A DNA stretch of 63,586 nucleotides, the filler included, from Neolecta irregularis DAH-3 (lineage: Eukaryota), in assembly GCA_001929475.1 (NCBI GenBank). It is 7 parts of 7 records of this genome, joined end to end, with 100 filler letters (N's around TTAATTAATTAA, not from the genome) between each part and the next. Parts side by side here need not be neighbours in the genome. Positions count along the whole stretch, not along the records: positions 1 to 29,774 come from LXFE01000118.1; 6 more parts are not named here. The stretch is one strand, 5' to 3'. This document shows, piece after piece, positions 1 to 13,200 of this stretch. Every line of letters begins with the position of its first letter. Position 1 is the first letter of the stretch. The position numbers and the translations under genes are program-made. The notes under the pieces are model-generated. The model was not told where the DNA came from. It saw only the letters and a list, made by a program, of their open reading frames with translations, and made no database searches.

Positions 1-705
1 GGTATGGATAGTGTGAAGGAGAGGTACAATCATATCCCGGTGGAATAGGGCCACATAGCCCAAGCATTAGGCACTTGTATATAATTAGCCATGTGGACAA
101 TGGCCGTCATCTTGTTAGTGACGCCTCACTACCACATAGATCACCTCTCCTCTGTGACACTATTTGGCTTGATAAAGTAATCGTGAATGGTGATTTCTTT
201 CAGACATTCCTATGTTTGGCATCTTGTATGGCCTAGAACTCAATATTTCAAATCGAGGCTGCATTTTACCTGAACAAATTGTTCCGTCTTGGCTGTATTG
301 GTTGAAGAGTCTGCTGATATTCTGCAATTTAGTAGAAAGTCTTTCCTTAAATGGAGAGCGCAAGAAGGCGGCTTCAAGTTGGCTGGGTGTTTGGGACACC
401 ATATTAGGATCCATTCCCTCGGCCATATCCCATACATAATGTAGCGTTGACCAAAAAGGTAATTTTATATTTCTGTGTGGCGGGGAACGCGTTTTGTGGC
501 GTTTACAAAAAATAAGTTCTCAAAATGGTAATTTCCACCGACAAGTACAATATTCCCTGTTTTAGAAAATGGAGATACTTTTGGTGTGCGGCTTGCGAAC
601 CCTTAGTAGTAGAGTTCTTCAAGTTGGCGCCATCTAATCTCATTCTCACCACCCACACCAACATCGATACTACGAAACGCCCTTTTGGCAGCTTGGAGCA
701 AAAGG

Positions 706-2569
706 ATGATCCCGTTTGTCGAAGCAGCCTGTGGTCTTGTTGCCCCAACGCTGGGAATCAGCAGCTCTCAAACCAAAATACCCTTATGTTTGGTGCTGTC
801 TCTTCCATTTGCGGCAGTGCTCAAACGATTGCCCGATCATCGCCCAGATATCAAAAACATTTATAGCATCTCGTTTCCAAGTCTTTGTTGAACTGGTGCT
901 GAACTTTCAGCGTCTCACTATTCTACCTGCTCGGTATATTTTCTTTGTGGTGCGGACTGCGAACCCTTTTGATAAGCTCTCTCGGTACATATGTGCTTTC
1001 TGCCTTCATCAAGAATAAGTACATGCCACTCATCGTTTTTGTCTTTGTGCTGGGGCATATGGGCTTCAAGTGACAATGCCCACTTCTTCACATGATTTGA
1101 TTGTATAGTCACTTTCGTAGTTTTGGAAAACCTGATGAAACTGTCGATATCATTGGTGCCCAAATGGTGTTGTGCATGAAGATGACCTCATTCGCCTGGA
1201 ACATTCACGATGGTCGTCAACCAGAAGCCGTACATGTTCCTTCTACAAATATCTTATGTTAGACATTAAGTGCTTTTCAAAAGGATCGAGCTCTCCGATA
1301 TTTGCCATCTTTGCTAGATTTCCTCGGTTATGTTTTTTTCTTTCCATCCCTTCTGGTGATATTACATCCCATCCATAGACTGAATTCAAACAGATCGGTC
1401 CGACTTTCGATATGGCCGAGTATCTGCGATTCATAAATCTCACCATGTTCGATGTCGACGTTCCCGATAAAACTTCAAAAACTGGTAGAGGACGACAGAG
1501 GAAAATCCCTTCAAGTTCAGGTCCAGCATTGAAAATGTTTCTTGAAGGCATAATGTGGTGTTGCCTGTTTAGCGTACTATCGAGACTGTACAATAGGGAC
1601 TTTCCATTGTCTAACGAATATCTCTCCTATTCATTTCTTCAACGGTATTCATCAGTTGATTTTCACCTTGACTCAAAATCAGATTGTTTTATCTTATGGC
1701 CCTGTCATTCACTTATCGGGCCAAGTATTTTGGCGCATGGTACTCTTCAATTTACCAACAACTGATGATCAGGACATTATCGGAAAGCGGAGTAATCTTA
1801 TCCGGATTTGGCTACAATGGGGTAGATTCCAGGGGCAAGCGTCGGTGGGATCGCGTCACTAATATCGAACCATGGACTATGGAAACCGCGCAGAGCAGCA
1901 AGGTAGTTCTTGAAGCCTGGAACAAAAATACGAACAAATGGTTGAAGAATTATGTTTATATGCGAGTCGCAAGCAACAAGAAGGGAGTGCCTGGAACAAA
2001 GAGCAGCCTGTTCACCTTTGCAGTTAGCGGCATGTCCCTTTATAAGGTTTATTTAAGACTCTAGCTTTTTGGCACGGATTTCAAGCAGGGTATTATCTTA
2101 CATTTGGCACCGCTGCTTTTGTTCAAATTTGTGGTAAATGTATCATCCAAACGCGTTTTTCAGCTCGTTGATTACCAGACTATCGACGGCACCTTCGACC
2201 TTTCTTTTTAAATGCAGACTGTACTCCCACCAATAGAAAAATCTATTATGATGTACTTGGTTGGTTTGTCACTAAGATAGCCTACGACTATCTTGTCATG
2301 CCCGTTGCTATGCTTGATTTCAAAAGTTCAATCATATGCTGGTATAGGCTTTGGGTTCGAACCGTTTTTGCATTCTGCCTGCTGATACCTAGTTTTTTGG
2401 TCATGTTGGGATAGCTTTAACTTTAGCATTCTTCATGGGCCCTGGAAAACAATGGATTGATCGAAAGCTAAAGAAGAGAGGTCAACTTCTAGTCGAAGCA
2501 GAAGCAACAGACGAAATTGTAGCGAGCTCCATCGTTGAAGCTTCCGGTAGCCTTACAAATCCTCTGTAG
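706..2569 (+). CDS. ALE1: MBOAT lysophospholipid acyltransferase (multi-exon)
   Basis: Spliced peptides GAQMVLCMKMTSFAWNIHDG, RAKYFGAW, WNKNTNKWLKNYVYMR and SAFWHG (catalytic His); about 9 short introns. Confidence 0.93.
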
Positions 2570-2690
2570 TAGCTTCAAAGATCCCCATGATATTTGAACC
2601 TTTTTCTCTTTGTGCTTGTACAAATGTACGACATTGCAAGGAACGTGACCGATGACTTTGACCACCGCATTTTACCAAAATTCACTTAAC

Positions 2691-3879
2691 ATGTCAATTA
2701 AGACGGCTAGGACTCTCGAGAAGCTCCAAAAAAGGTGAGACAGCTACTAATGCCTATAACTCAACTCCAGAGTGAGCGAGGGCGAATATTATGAAGCTCA
2801 TCAGATGTACAGAACTATTGCGAATCGGTATTCAGGAATTCAGTTACATGTCTGACTTGCCGCCAGATATGTCAAGACTCGAGATTATGATTCAGCAGCC
2901 CGCTTGTTGCTGTCCGGATCCGAGATACTTCTAGAACACAAACAAATCGCAAGTGGAGGAGACTTGGCAATCTATTTGGTTGAAGTCTTCAATCAGTCGG
3001 CGAAAATCCCAGATGCTGCTAACAGATGTATGACTTTCCCCAAAGGAATTCCGGAATAACGGAACTAGCTATCATCTCTCATTTATTGGCATTGATGCCC
3101 TATACAGATCCAATCAAGAAAAAATTTATTTTTGAAGCTGTTCAGTACGTACTTTCCATAACTACTCTGAAGTGGCAGATGGTCTTCTACTTGTGGTGAT
3201 ATACCAACTGGAGATCCTGAACTACAGCATTTGATAGGATGTAATCTCCTGAATGGTATAATTTAAATACCCTCTACATTGAATCCGTTGTTGACTTCGC
3301 TTAGATGACGATGGTCAAGCCGAAAAGCATTTCCTTTTCGGAACACAAGACAGTTGCATTGCATATGCAAAAATGCTTTATGAGTGGCATAAAGAAGACG
3401 AGGCGCATACAGCACCACAATACATTGGACGAGCAGTGTTACAATATCTGCGATTGCAGAATATTGAGTTTGCCACAAAATCACTTGATATATTTGTTCA
3501 ACTCTTGAAACAAAACGAATCCCTTCCTAATCAGGAATTAAGCTCGTCACAAAGTGAGATGGTCGTCTTTCCAACCTTTCCGCTGCTCAATTTTCTGCGA
3601 TTGTTGGTTTGTTCTGCTCAGCGGCAAAGTTATGATCTTTATTCAAAGCTTAAAAGCCACTACCAGACTGCGATCGATGAATCGCCTAACTGGAATGAGG
3701 TAATTTCCATGAATAACACATCTCGACTAATAAAAAAGAACATGACAAAAATCGCGGAGATTCACTTTGGACAACGGCCCGCCCGTCAAAATAATATGCT
3801 TTCGGATCTTCTTGGAATGCTCGCACCACCAATATCGAAACCAACATCAACTTCTGTCAAGCAGGATGACCTGGATTGA
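2691..3879 (+). CDS. GET4: Golgi-to-ER traffic protein 4
   Basis: N-terminal EGEYYEAHQMYRTIANR, GDPELQHLIG, RAVLQYL, FPLLNFLRLL; ends DDLD. Confidence 0.92.
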
Positions 3880-3978
3880 TGTGGGAAAGAATGCTGAGCC
3901 CTGAAAACATTGATTAATGTACTACATATACTAGCAAATGCGACATCCCGTCTGGACTCCTTCATCGATGTCGTCACT

Positions 3979-4393
3979 TCAAACACCAGACTCAAACATC
4001 CACTTTTCGCTTGTCTCCAACTCTTTGACCTTCTTTTTGAGGCTTGTATACAATGTGATGCTCGAATCTGGCGATAAGTGGCACGAAAATATATGAACGC
4101 CCACCTTGATCGTATCTTAGACCAGTGTAAATGTTTTTAATTGCCTGTGCTTCCCGAGCATCATCGACTACTCATTAACTTATTAATTTTCCAATGTATA
4201 ATTCACGTTCTTTCTTGACTTCTTCATCAGGAATCTCAGGCATTGGTGGATCTTCCAGATCGCTCAAACGATCAAGATCAGCGACAATATCTGTCACAGC
4301 GCCTTGGAACCTTGGCACGCTTTCTTTTGTACCAAACATATTTCTGTTAAACAGTTGCCTTCTCACAGGGTTTGGTGCTTTGGCAGTGTTCAT
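3979..4393 (-). CDS. small hypothetical protein, C-terminus LKKKVKELETSEKWMFE (possibly APC16-like)
   Basis: Two GT-AG introns join three exons into an intact ORF. Confidence 0.5.
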
Positions 4394-4439
4394 AATGTCC
4401 GAGGTGGATTGTGGTTAAAATGAATCCTAAGTGTTCTGT

Positions 4440-5127
4440 CTGTCCCACCAGTGGAATCGTCCAGCCTCACCACCAAATCCACCAGCCTCATCACACCCGT
4501 GCTTATAAAATCTACCAACCTCCTCAATGGCATCCCCCATCATGTCTGTTGCCAAGGAATATGATCCTTTGCAGCCACACAGCCCAGTGGAGATATTTAC
4601 ACAGTCTTCAATTCAGGCATTCCAGCACTCTCTTGAGAACCAACCAAAAAATGAGAGTTTGGATGGGATAAAGATGACCCAGTAATGCAACTTCCTTTAG
4701 TAGCCAAAGCAACAAGTGGGTGATAAGAAGGTTTTAGGGGCAAAGAAGTACCATGAGTTGTATAGAATAAGAAATATTGCCCTCAACAAATATTGACTTG
4801 ATGAGAATTCAAACCTATTCTGCAAGGCTACAGCAAATAGTGGTGTAACTGAGAATAGAAGGGCTGTTTTGACTTTTGATGCATACTCATATATTTGAAA
4901 ATCACACCTAGGGTTTAGGGTTAGACCTTACGACCAGGTGTGGAGGAGATTTGTATATTACTATTGATTAGCATTGGAATTCAAGGTTACTTACCCTAGT
5001 AGCTGGTGGTAGTGAGGTAGTGGTGAGGTGTATAATTGGCTGCAGGCGGTGGTGAGATTGGTGGATTCCACAGGTAGGAGGGTCACAGATTTGGTGGTGA
5101 GGTTGGACGATTCCACAGGTGGGACAG
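4440..5127. mobile_element. MITE-like element bounded by 40-bp inverted repeats
   Basis: 4440-4479 and 5088-5127 are reverse complements at 38/40 positions; further subterminal copies inside; no convincing coding region. Confidence 0.55.
4722..4909 (+). repeat. dispersed repeat, second copy at 61645-61810
   Basis: Shared GATAAGAAGGTTTTAGGGG...CATGAGTTGTATAGAATAAGAAAT...GCTACAGCAAATA...TATATTTGAAA.TCACACCT. Confidence 0.85.
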
Positions 5128-5179
5128 AACAGATGTGTGAAAATCTTTTACCCATGCTTATTATTCTATACATCAAATA

Positions 5180-6530
5180 ATGCTTGCATCTCACAAAACA
5201 ATTGCGCTGGCGCAAAAATTCCAGGCGGAAGTGTGCTCCTCAACTTTGAAAAGATATGAGTATGTTTTCAGGCGGAGAGTATCCTCAAGATCTCCGAATA
5301 AGCCACCTCGCACAATATTTTCGGGAATTCAACCGACAGGAACTCCTCATCTGGGAAATTATCTAGGCGCAATAAGACAATGGGTGCATATGCAGAAGTT
5401 AGAACCCGAAAATTCGACAATTCTCATATGTATTGCGGACCATCATGCTATCACCCTTCCTCAAAATCCTAGAGATCTCAGACAACATAAACAAGAGATG
5501 TTTGCGAGTGTCATTGCCTCTGGAATTGATCCCGAGCGCTGCATCCTTTTCGAACAATCCGATGTTGGTGTTTTTTTCGACGACTTTATGTTTTAACGAA
5601 TGAAGGTTAAAGAACATACTGAACTTGCGTGGATATTCAATTGCATTGCATCTATGGGACAACTCAACAGAATGACACAGTGGAAGGTGACAACCCCAAT
5701 GCTTCATATGCTAAGAATGAGAGTAAATTCAATGCTGTGACAGGCGATCAAGATGAAGCTGAATCTCTCAGTCTGTCAAACCTGAAGCTGGGATTGTTTG
5801 CATATCCCATCTTACAAGCCGCCGATATACTTCTTTACCGGTGCGAGACCATCTTTATATCTATCTTGAACCTCTTAGAGCTACTCATGTTCCTGTCGGA
5901 CAGGATCAACACCAGCATTTGGAATTGGCACGACAAATAGCGCGGACTTTCAACAATCAATTTAAATCAGAAGTATTTCTTGATCCCCAGGCAATCTCTA
6001 GTTGTACCTCGCCTCCGGGTCTCAGCTGATTGATAGCCTCAACCTCACGTATCATGTCTCTTCGCGACCCCACGAAAAAAATGTCCAAATCGCATCCGGA
6101 TATTAGGTCCCGAATTTTGATAACCGATTCACCTGACACAATCCGCAAGAAAATTGCAGGTGCAGTGACTGATTCGGTGTTGGGGATAACCTGGGACCCC
6201 GAAAACCGGCCTGGCGTCGCGAATCTACTCTCGATCATGAATGCTCTTGACGGCAATAGTGGAGTCACACCCAGTGGTATTTCTGATGAAACTACCATAG
6301 AGCAAAAAATGCAGCTCGCCGAGAAACTTGCAGCTTGCGACCATAAGGATCTGAAAGCGCAGGTTGCAGAAGTTGTCATTGAAAGCCTTGAAAATATTCG
6401 GAGTGAATGGAATCGCCTCATGGGCGACCCCGAGGCTTTGAAAAATTTGAGTTACAGGAACGCTGGAAGGGCACGGCTGATAGCTCAATCGACAATGAGT
6501 GGGGTCAAAGAGAATATAGGTTTTATTTGA
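5180..6530 (+). CDS. MSW1: mitochondrial tryptophanyl-tRNA synthetase
   Basis: [19 protein letters not shown] (HIGH), [30 protein letters not shown]. Confidence 0.95.
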
Positions 6531-6677
6531 TTGAGTTTATAAGTTGCATATTTGAATGCCATCTTTATAAAACTGCGTTTCTATAACGGTTTAGAGTGGT
6601 AATCAGTGACGAATATTGGTGGTGGTGGCTTTCGACCACTACATCTGTGAAAAATAGAAATCGTTCGAGTCTTCAAT

Positions 6678-7627
6678 ATGGTCTTACACAAAGATAAATG
6701 GAAGGCGAAAGCTTCGAGAGCTTATCACAGAAAACATAAAACTATGTCGAATGGGCCCAAGCAAGAACCCTGTAAAGCTATTCCCCCAGCTGTAACGGAT
6801 GATGACAAACAACGGGCAATATCGACAGCAGAGTTGGACAATTCTCAATCTTTCGAGGACGAGTCTATCACTTCTGAAAATATCAGTTCAATCAACCTCG
6901 AATCGGATGGCTCAGATCCCTCAGATAAGGAAGATTCTGCTGAAACTGGTTTGAATATAGCCGCAGAGAAACAAACGGAAGATGAAATTCTTGCAGAGGA
7001 TCAATCGAAGAATCAATTTTCTCGACGACGTATAATTGAATCAAACTCTTGGCGCTACGAAGAATTTATTCCTGACCCACATTTGCCTCAAGGTATCATT
7101 TTTCGAATCATTGACATGCTTATAAGAGGTCCAGCGCAGAGCGAAGAAGATATCGATTATGCACATCTACCTGCTCGCGAGTTCGAGATCAACACGCCAA
7201 ATTTACCTCTCTTTGAGCATGATCGTCGGCATCTGAAACACGAGATGGTTAAATCAACTAGGATACAGTTCGTTGACCGAAGCGAGTACACAGAACTCAA
7301 GACTAATATCGACAACGCGAATGCGGTGAGAGCCTTTAGAGAGCGTTTTGGTACACAGAAACATCACAGAGGCGATATCGCTTTAAGCGAGCAGCCACAG
7401 TCAGTCCTCCCAGACGACAAGATCGAAGACGAGGAATTTGATGATTTTATGAGTTCCCTATCATTACAAAAGGGTACTAGTCTATAATCAGCCTATATAT
7501 GGAATTGACTCAAATAGAAAAGCCTAATTTTGGAACCGAAGCCAAGCTATGTGGTTTGTTAAAACAAACAGGATCTACGGAAGAAAATGGCGACCAATTT
7601 CTTGACAGCCTTCTCAATCGGAGATGA
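6678..7627 (+). CDS. conserved hypothetical protein with Aven-like motifs
   Basis: Long ORF MVLHKDKWKAKASRAY; FSRRRIIESNSWRY; last exon ends DQFLDSLLNRR. Confidence 0.7.
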
Positions 7628-8468
7628 CACACAGCGCAGAGAAACCCATCGATACTTTCCGATTCTCGCATGACTCAAACAGTATCCGGAAGTAAATTTG
7701 AGAGGACCTATCTGCTGCACCTAATTATATTAGTGTATGGAAGTGTTGGGCATGAAGTCATAATACATAAAGTGTATAGGAATCCCAACACGCGGGATGG
7801 ACGAGTTGGATGGCTAGATTTTGTAGTTCTGCTCATAGCATACAAATGATAACAGAAGGTTTTGATCCATCCATCAACCTTGCTTTTTCAATTGCATAAC
7901 TTTATACCTCTGGGAAATATCTGATTGTTACAGAAATCATTGGATATGAAGAACTTGGACACAAACAGTGTCTAATTTTCGGCGCTCATCCACATTCCTT
8001 GCCAAATCGAAGTTGCTCTACTTGAATTGCACAATTCTTACAAAGCATATCTGTCATTCAAGATGGTGGTTTTGACAAAAAGGAGATGATGTTTGCAAAC
8101 TCCAAGGATTATCAGAAAGAGAAAACTCCCTTGGGGTAGGAGGGGTAAGAAACTGAATGCATTAAAGGAGTACCATAACCAATAATATGCCAAGCTAACA
8201 ATCTGTAGTTCTTGAGAGGAAGGCTTAGTAGGAAAGAAGAATCATCCTTTCGTTATCCCTTTGAAAGCTAAAAATGATGTATGTCAATGGTGAAACATTG
8301 TGGGACGGAGCTTTTTAGGGCCTGTTTCAGTTCTGAAAGGCGGTCCGTGTCAAGATCAGATATAGCGTGTCCTCGCAATCAGTTTAGACATTGCCACCCT
8401 TTGAGATTTCGCCTGAAGAGCCGGTGACTGTCGTGTCCGTTCCTTCTCTTGCTTCTTTTCAATTCTAC

Positions 8469-10024
8469 ATGCTCGCTGAAAAGCTCAAGCTTAATGTTGG
8501 CACCTGGCCTTCTGGACGACCACTCTTTGTTTTTGTTTTTCCAGATTTCTTTAGCAATCGCGCTGGTATGACTACTTGTCTTACGAATTCCCTTTAAATC
8601 TAGATGGGACACGTCTTTATCTGAAACGTCAAGATATCCAGATAATGCTTGGTTCAAGCGCAACTTCAATTCTTGCTTCGATTCCGGCAGAAGCGCCTTC
8701 GAAGCTTTGCACAGAGCCTCCAACCGAGAGCGAATTCGTGGATGAATACGTGTTGTGCAACGTTTTATCCAGCGAGGGTTCCGCTAACGAAGCTTTCGCG
8801 GACTTTTGTTCACTTACTTATTCTCAACTCAAGTCTGGAAGTGGAGCACAGATTTTGCCACGACTTGGTTGTAGGGCAGTCCAAGTACCTTCAGAATCTT
8901 CATTTCTATACCGTCTCTGCAATTTGAGGGCCTCTTTTTCTTGTAGTGCTCGAGAAATATCCACAGTTTTGAGAAAAAGATATCCGGAAGAAGGTATGGA
9001 CGGTGTCGAATCTCTACGGAACCGTTCTTCGAGCGATCCCACATCTTTAAGAGAGTCACATATTCGTCTGAACCTCCGGTAGTCATGGATCGAGAAGCAA
9101 GTAACTGACTTATTAGTTCTCCAGTCATCAAGAGAGAGCTCGAACAAGAACTCGCTCTTCCGTCTCTTAGTTCTCAATTGCTCTATCACCAGTCATCGAC
9201 GAATGATACGGTACAGTCTTGTTCTCCTTCCGGAGAACGGCCTATAAAACGCCAGAGAACACTACAATACGCCTACGCTTGCCTGAGTCCAGGTCTATCC
9301 GCGAAAGCTTCGAATAATGCAGAAGTCCGAAGTCATATTGCTGCCAGCATCGGTGTTATGGAACAGCAAAAAGCTCTTATAGAGGTTCATTGTCTCATTT
9401 CTCCTCAGCTAAATCTTTCAGGCTCGGCTGAATGCCAAGTCAGATTCATTGAGAGTATCTGCTCACTCCCATCTTAACAGAGTATCGCCAAGTTTACCGA
9501 AAACAAGGTTTCTTCACCGAGGAAAGAAAGGTCCTCCACCTCCTCTTAAACTAAAACCTCGCTACCATCTTGAAGATGAGTTGCCTCTGGCTGTACAATC
9601 TGCTCCGCTTAATGCATTTTCTCCCCTGAGATCACCCAACATGTTGCCTCCGATTACAAACATGTTTCCATCGACACCAATCAGTTCTCACCATGTTCCA
9701 CTGGTCACCGAATATTCTAGCAGTCATCGCAGAACCTCACAGACAAACAACTCTAGCTGGAGAGGACCGCTTGTGTCACGACCGGAAACTTTAGACAACG
9801 CGTCTTATTCTGGATATACAGGGCCCACTGAAAATCAAATATTCCCCAGATTACCTCAGTTCATACGGCCATTGCCCCGTTCGCCTCCTAGCCCCCCGAA
9901 ATCGGGGCAACATCTCGAGAATAATCACTCTCGAGAGGCTTTTGTGTGTCAGAAGAAAGATGAATATATGGCTCTTTGCTCTAGAGCCTTCGATGTTATG
10001 ATGGATGCAGCACTATGTAAATAA
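8469..10024 (+). CDS. hypothetical protein with Pro-rich C-terminal half
   Basis: Consecutive + ORFs joined by short GT-AG introns; ends KKDEYMALCSRAFDVMM. Confidence 0.65.
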
Positions 10025-10215
10025 ATCACGCTACCCAGCAGATTTATACATCTTCATGCGCCATACCCAGTATAGAATTTTGTAAATAGAATCAGAACAA
10101 TGCCCATATAGCGCTGCAAGAACGTCGTCGAGCATATTAGTTCTACAACGATTGACTGAAGGACTGCCAACATACACTTAATCTATACTATCACAAGGTA
10201 ATTAAAGTACCAAGG

Positions 10216-13200
10216 CTAATCCATGGAGGCAGAAATCCCTGAAGCTATTCCTTCTTGTCCCTTTTTGGAATGCTTTATTGACACCGCCTCTTTGGAGCGA
10301 AACATCGCATAAATCTTTGCGAGCACCTTTCTTGCAGCTAAAACCTGCTCCTTGGGCTCCTTGATGTCATTCAACTCGTTCTTAATTCGCTTCACAATGA
10401 AAGAATGGTTAAGAGCTGGACACTGGCGACTTCCAGTCCAATGAAAACCGGTGCAAATATTGCACTGTTCAGCTAATATTTCTCGTAAGGGACATTTTCC
10501 GGGAAAATGATCGCTTTTCCCGCAAGCAATACACTTCCGTTTTCCATTCGAGATAAACTTGGAGGGCTTCAGCAACACTGCCTGTTTATTTCTAAAGCTT
10601 TTAGCGTACCAGATATCCTCAAGGTGAAGTTCTGCATCAGGCATATTGGTTGCAGATATTTCCACCTTTGCTCCACCCGGTAACTTTGTCACAGAGGGAT
10701 CTGATACTTTAGCAACGTTGTATATTGCTGTACTCGAATCATGTACACTTGTTCGGATGTCTTTCCGTATCGATGGTACATCTGCGATCTCCTTAGCAAG
10801 GTCGTGGGGGTTGAACAGTTCTTCTAGATCTATATTGTCGCCGCTTTCCGACTCGCACTCAGCTGCTGAAACCAAAAAATCATCATCGTTGTGACTTTGT
10901 TTCCCTTTGTCTTTTTGTGGACTATCCTCGTAGTATGTTTTATAATCGATCTTGTAGTATCAGTGAATGTCCCTGCAAGAGCCTACCTTTGCATTTTTTC
11001 TTCGCCCTTTAGCAAATGCAGCCTCTTCGCGGTCCCTTTGCTTCTGAGCATCCTCCTCCCGCTTCTTCAATATACTATCCCATAGTGCCAAGTCAGGTTC
11101 GTTATCAGCATTTCCATCTTCACCTCGTTGTTCTTCCAGCTCGCCAGCATTTTCATTGGCCCAGATTCTAGCAAAGGCGAAGGAATTAGCGTTCTTTGGT
11201 TGCTGATGACTGGACACTTCCTCCAAGACGTTTCTATCGAGTAGACTGTCGATTGCAGCATCGTCATATTTTACGACAGTATCATCGTTTCCTTCAAACA
11301 AAGCCCTTGCGCCAAACTGCAATACATTCGCAATATCAAGAGACTCCGGTTCATCAACATCTAGTCTCTCAATGATCAGATGGTCCAGGACCAATTTTTT
11401 ATTCCCAATTCGAATGATCTTTTCTATTACTCAGTCGAATCACCATTAAAACAATATCACCTTCAACGGTACCCTTTGTAACTAGTTTTAATACCAAAAC
11501 CTTATTCATTTGACCGATCCGATGAGCTCTGGCGAGAGCCTGCATATCTATAGCCAGTTGATTTTAGAAGATACTAATAGCTATACCTTGGTGTGGATTG
11601 AAGTCTGGGTCATAGATAATAATTGTGTCTGCAGTCGCGAGGTTGATACCCACGCCACCAGCACGCGTGCTTAGTAAAAAAACGAAAAGAGTTGAATCTG
11701 GCCGATTGTATTCGTCAATGGCTTGCTGGCGATCGTCAGAAGAAGTTGAACCGTCAATCCTCGCAAACGGCATATCCAGAATATTTAGAAAGTCTTCTAG
11801 GATATCTAGCATGTTCAAAAATTGACTGAAAATTAGGACTCGATGACCCTTCTCTTTTAGCTTCGGGAGCAGGATATTGAGTAGTTCCAGTTTTCCCGAG
11901 GCGCCGATGAGATTCCTTCTTTCAAGGTCTTTGTCGCTAGTCTTTTCTTCAATCTCTTGAGAGTAAACATAGGGATGACATAAACATTTGCGTAATTGTA
12001 TCATGATATTGTTCAGGCTTCCTTTATGCTTAGTCTTTTCACCCGTACCGGAAGACATGATGGCTCTAATTAGGTCGGCGTTCTTTTCGAGAATCGATTT
12101 GTAGAGACGTTTTTGAACCGAGACCATACTGACAGGTACAATTACTTCCGATTTTGAAGGCAAGAAGGTCAAAACGTCTGCTTTTGTTCGACGAAGAAAA
12201 AAGGGTTTAAGGAGAACATGCAGTTCGGTTATTTGCTCTGCACTCAAAGGTTCATTCGAATTATATTTCGCTTCAAGACTTGAGGCATTGAGATCTGGTT
12301 TCAAGAATCTTAACCATCAGTTTCTGACATAGAACAGGGTATATACTGCAAAAGGTTTAAAAGTTCTCGAATATTGTTTTGAAGTGGAGTGCCTGTGAGA
12401 AGAAATTTTTGACCGACTTTTAAAGTCATTAAGTCACGATATAAATTAGAGCTATCGCATTTCAATCGTTGGCCCTCATCGACGATAAGTACTTCCCATG
12501 GAAAGGCTTTGAGTGTGGCGATCTCGCTCATAGCAGATTGATAACTGGTGATAATGACATGCGCTTTTAACCCTTTAGGTTGGGTTAATAACTCGTAGTT
12601 CTTCTAATCAGGTTAGTGGAATTTACGAAGGCGAGAGAACAATAAGCTTTTTCGTAGATTCCAAGCCCGTTAATGCAACCACGCGCATTGACGGGGCCCA
12701 TTTTTCGACTTCACGTTTCCAGTTTGGCACTGTTGAATTGGGTGCAACAACTAGAAACGGCCACGTCCTATGCTCATGGTACAAGGTCGCCAAGAGACTG
12801 ATAATCTGAATTGTCTTTCCTGATGGTATTTAGAAGCAATCCGGTGTTTTACTTATACCTAACCCCATCTCGTCCGCCAGAATTGCGGGGTGGTTTCGAG
12901 CCCATTGGTAATACAGCCAGCTATGGAATGTATCAGCATCGAAGAAATACAAAGACCCAGAGACTTACTTCATTCCTTCCATTTGATAATCCATCAGCTT
13001 ACCTCCTACAAGGTAAGCTTGCTGTTCCTTGAACTCTATGTCTTCGAATTTTCCTTTGGGTTTGGAAGCCTTTTGTCGGGGAAGCTCGACGTAACACCCC
13101 CGAGCCCATTCAAAATATGCTTTTTTATAATTCTCGTATCTTTCAGGCTGATCTCGTGACGGAGGCTTTTCCCAACAAACTAAAAAGTTTCAGCTCAAGA

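Noticed and set aside
1-440. Minus-strand ORFs at the window start
   Set aside because: Possibly the 5' end of a gene, but no consistent splice model or family could be established
4907-4925. CTAACCCTAA on the minus strand as a telomerase RNA template
   Set aside because: It lies within a repeat-derived insert, and no supporting structure was identified
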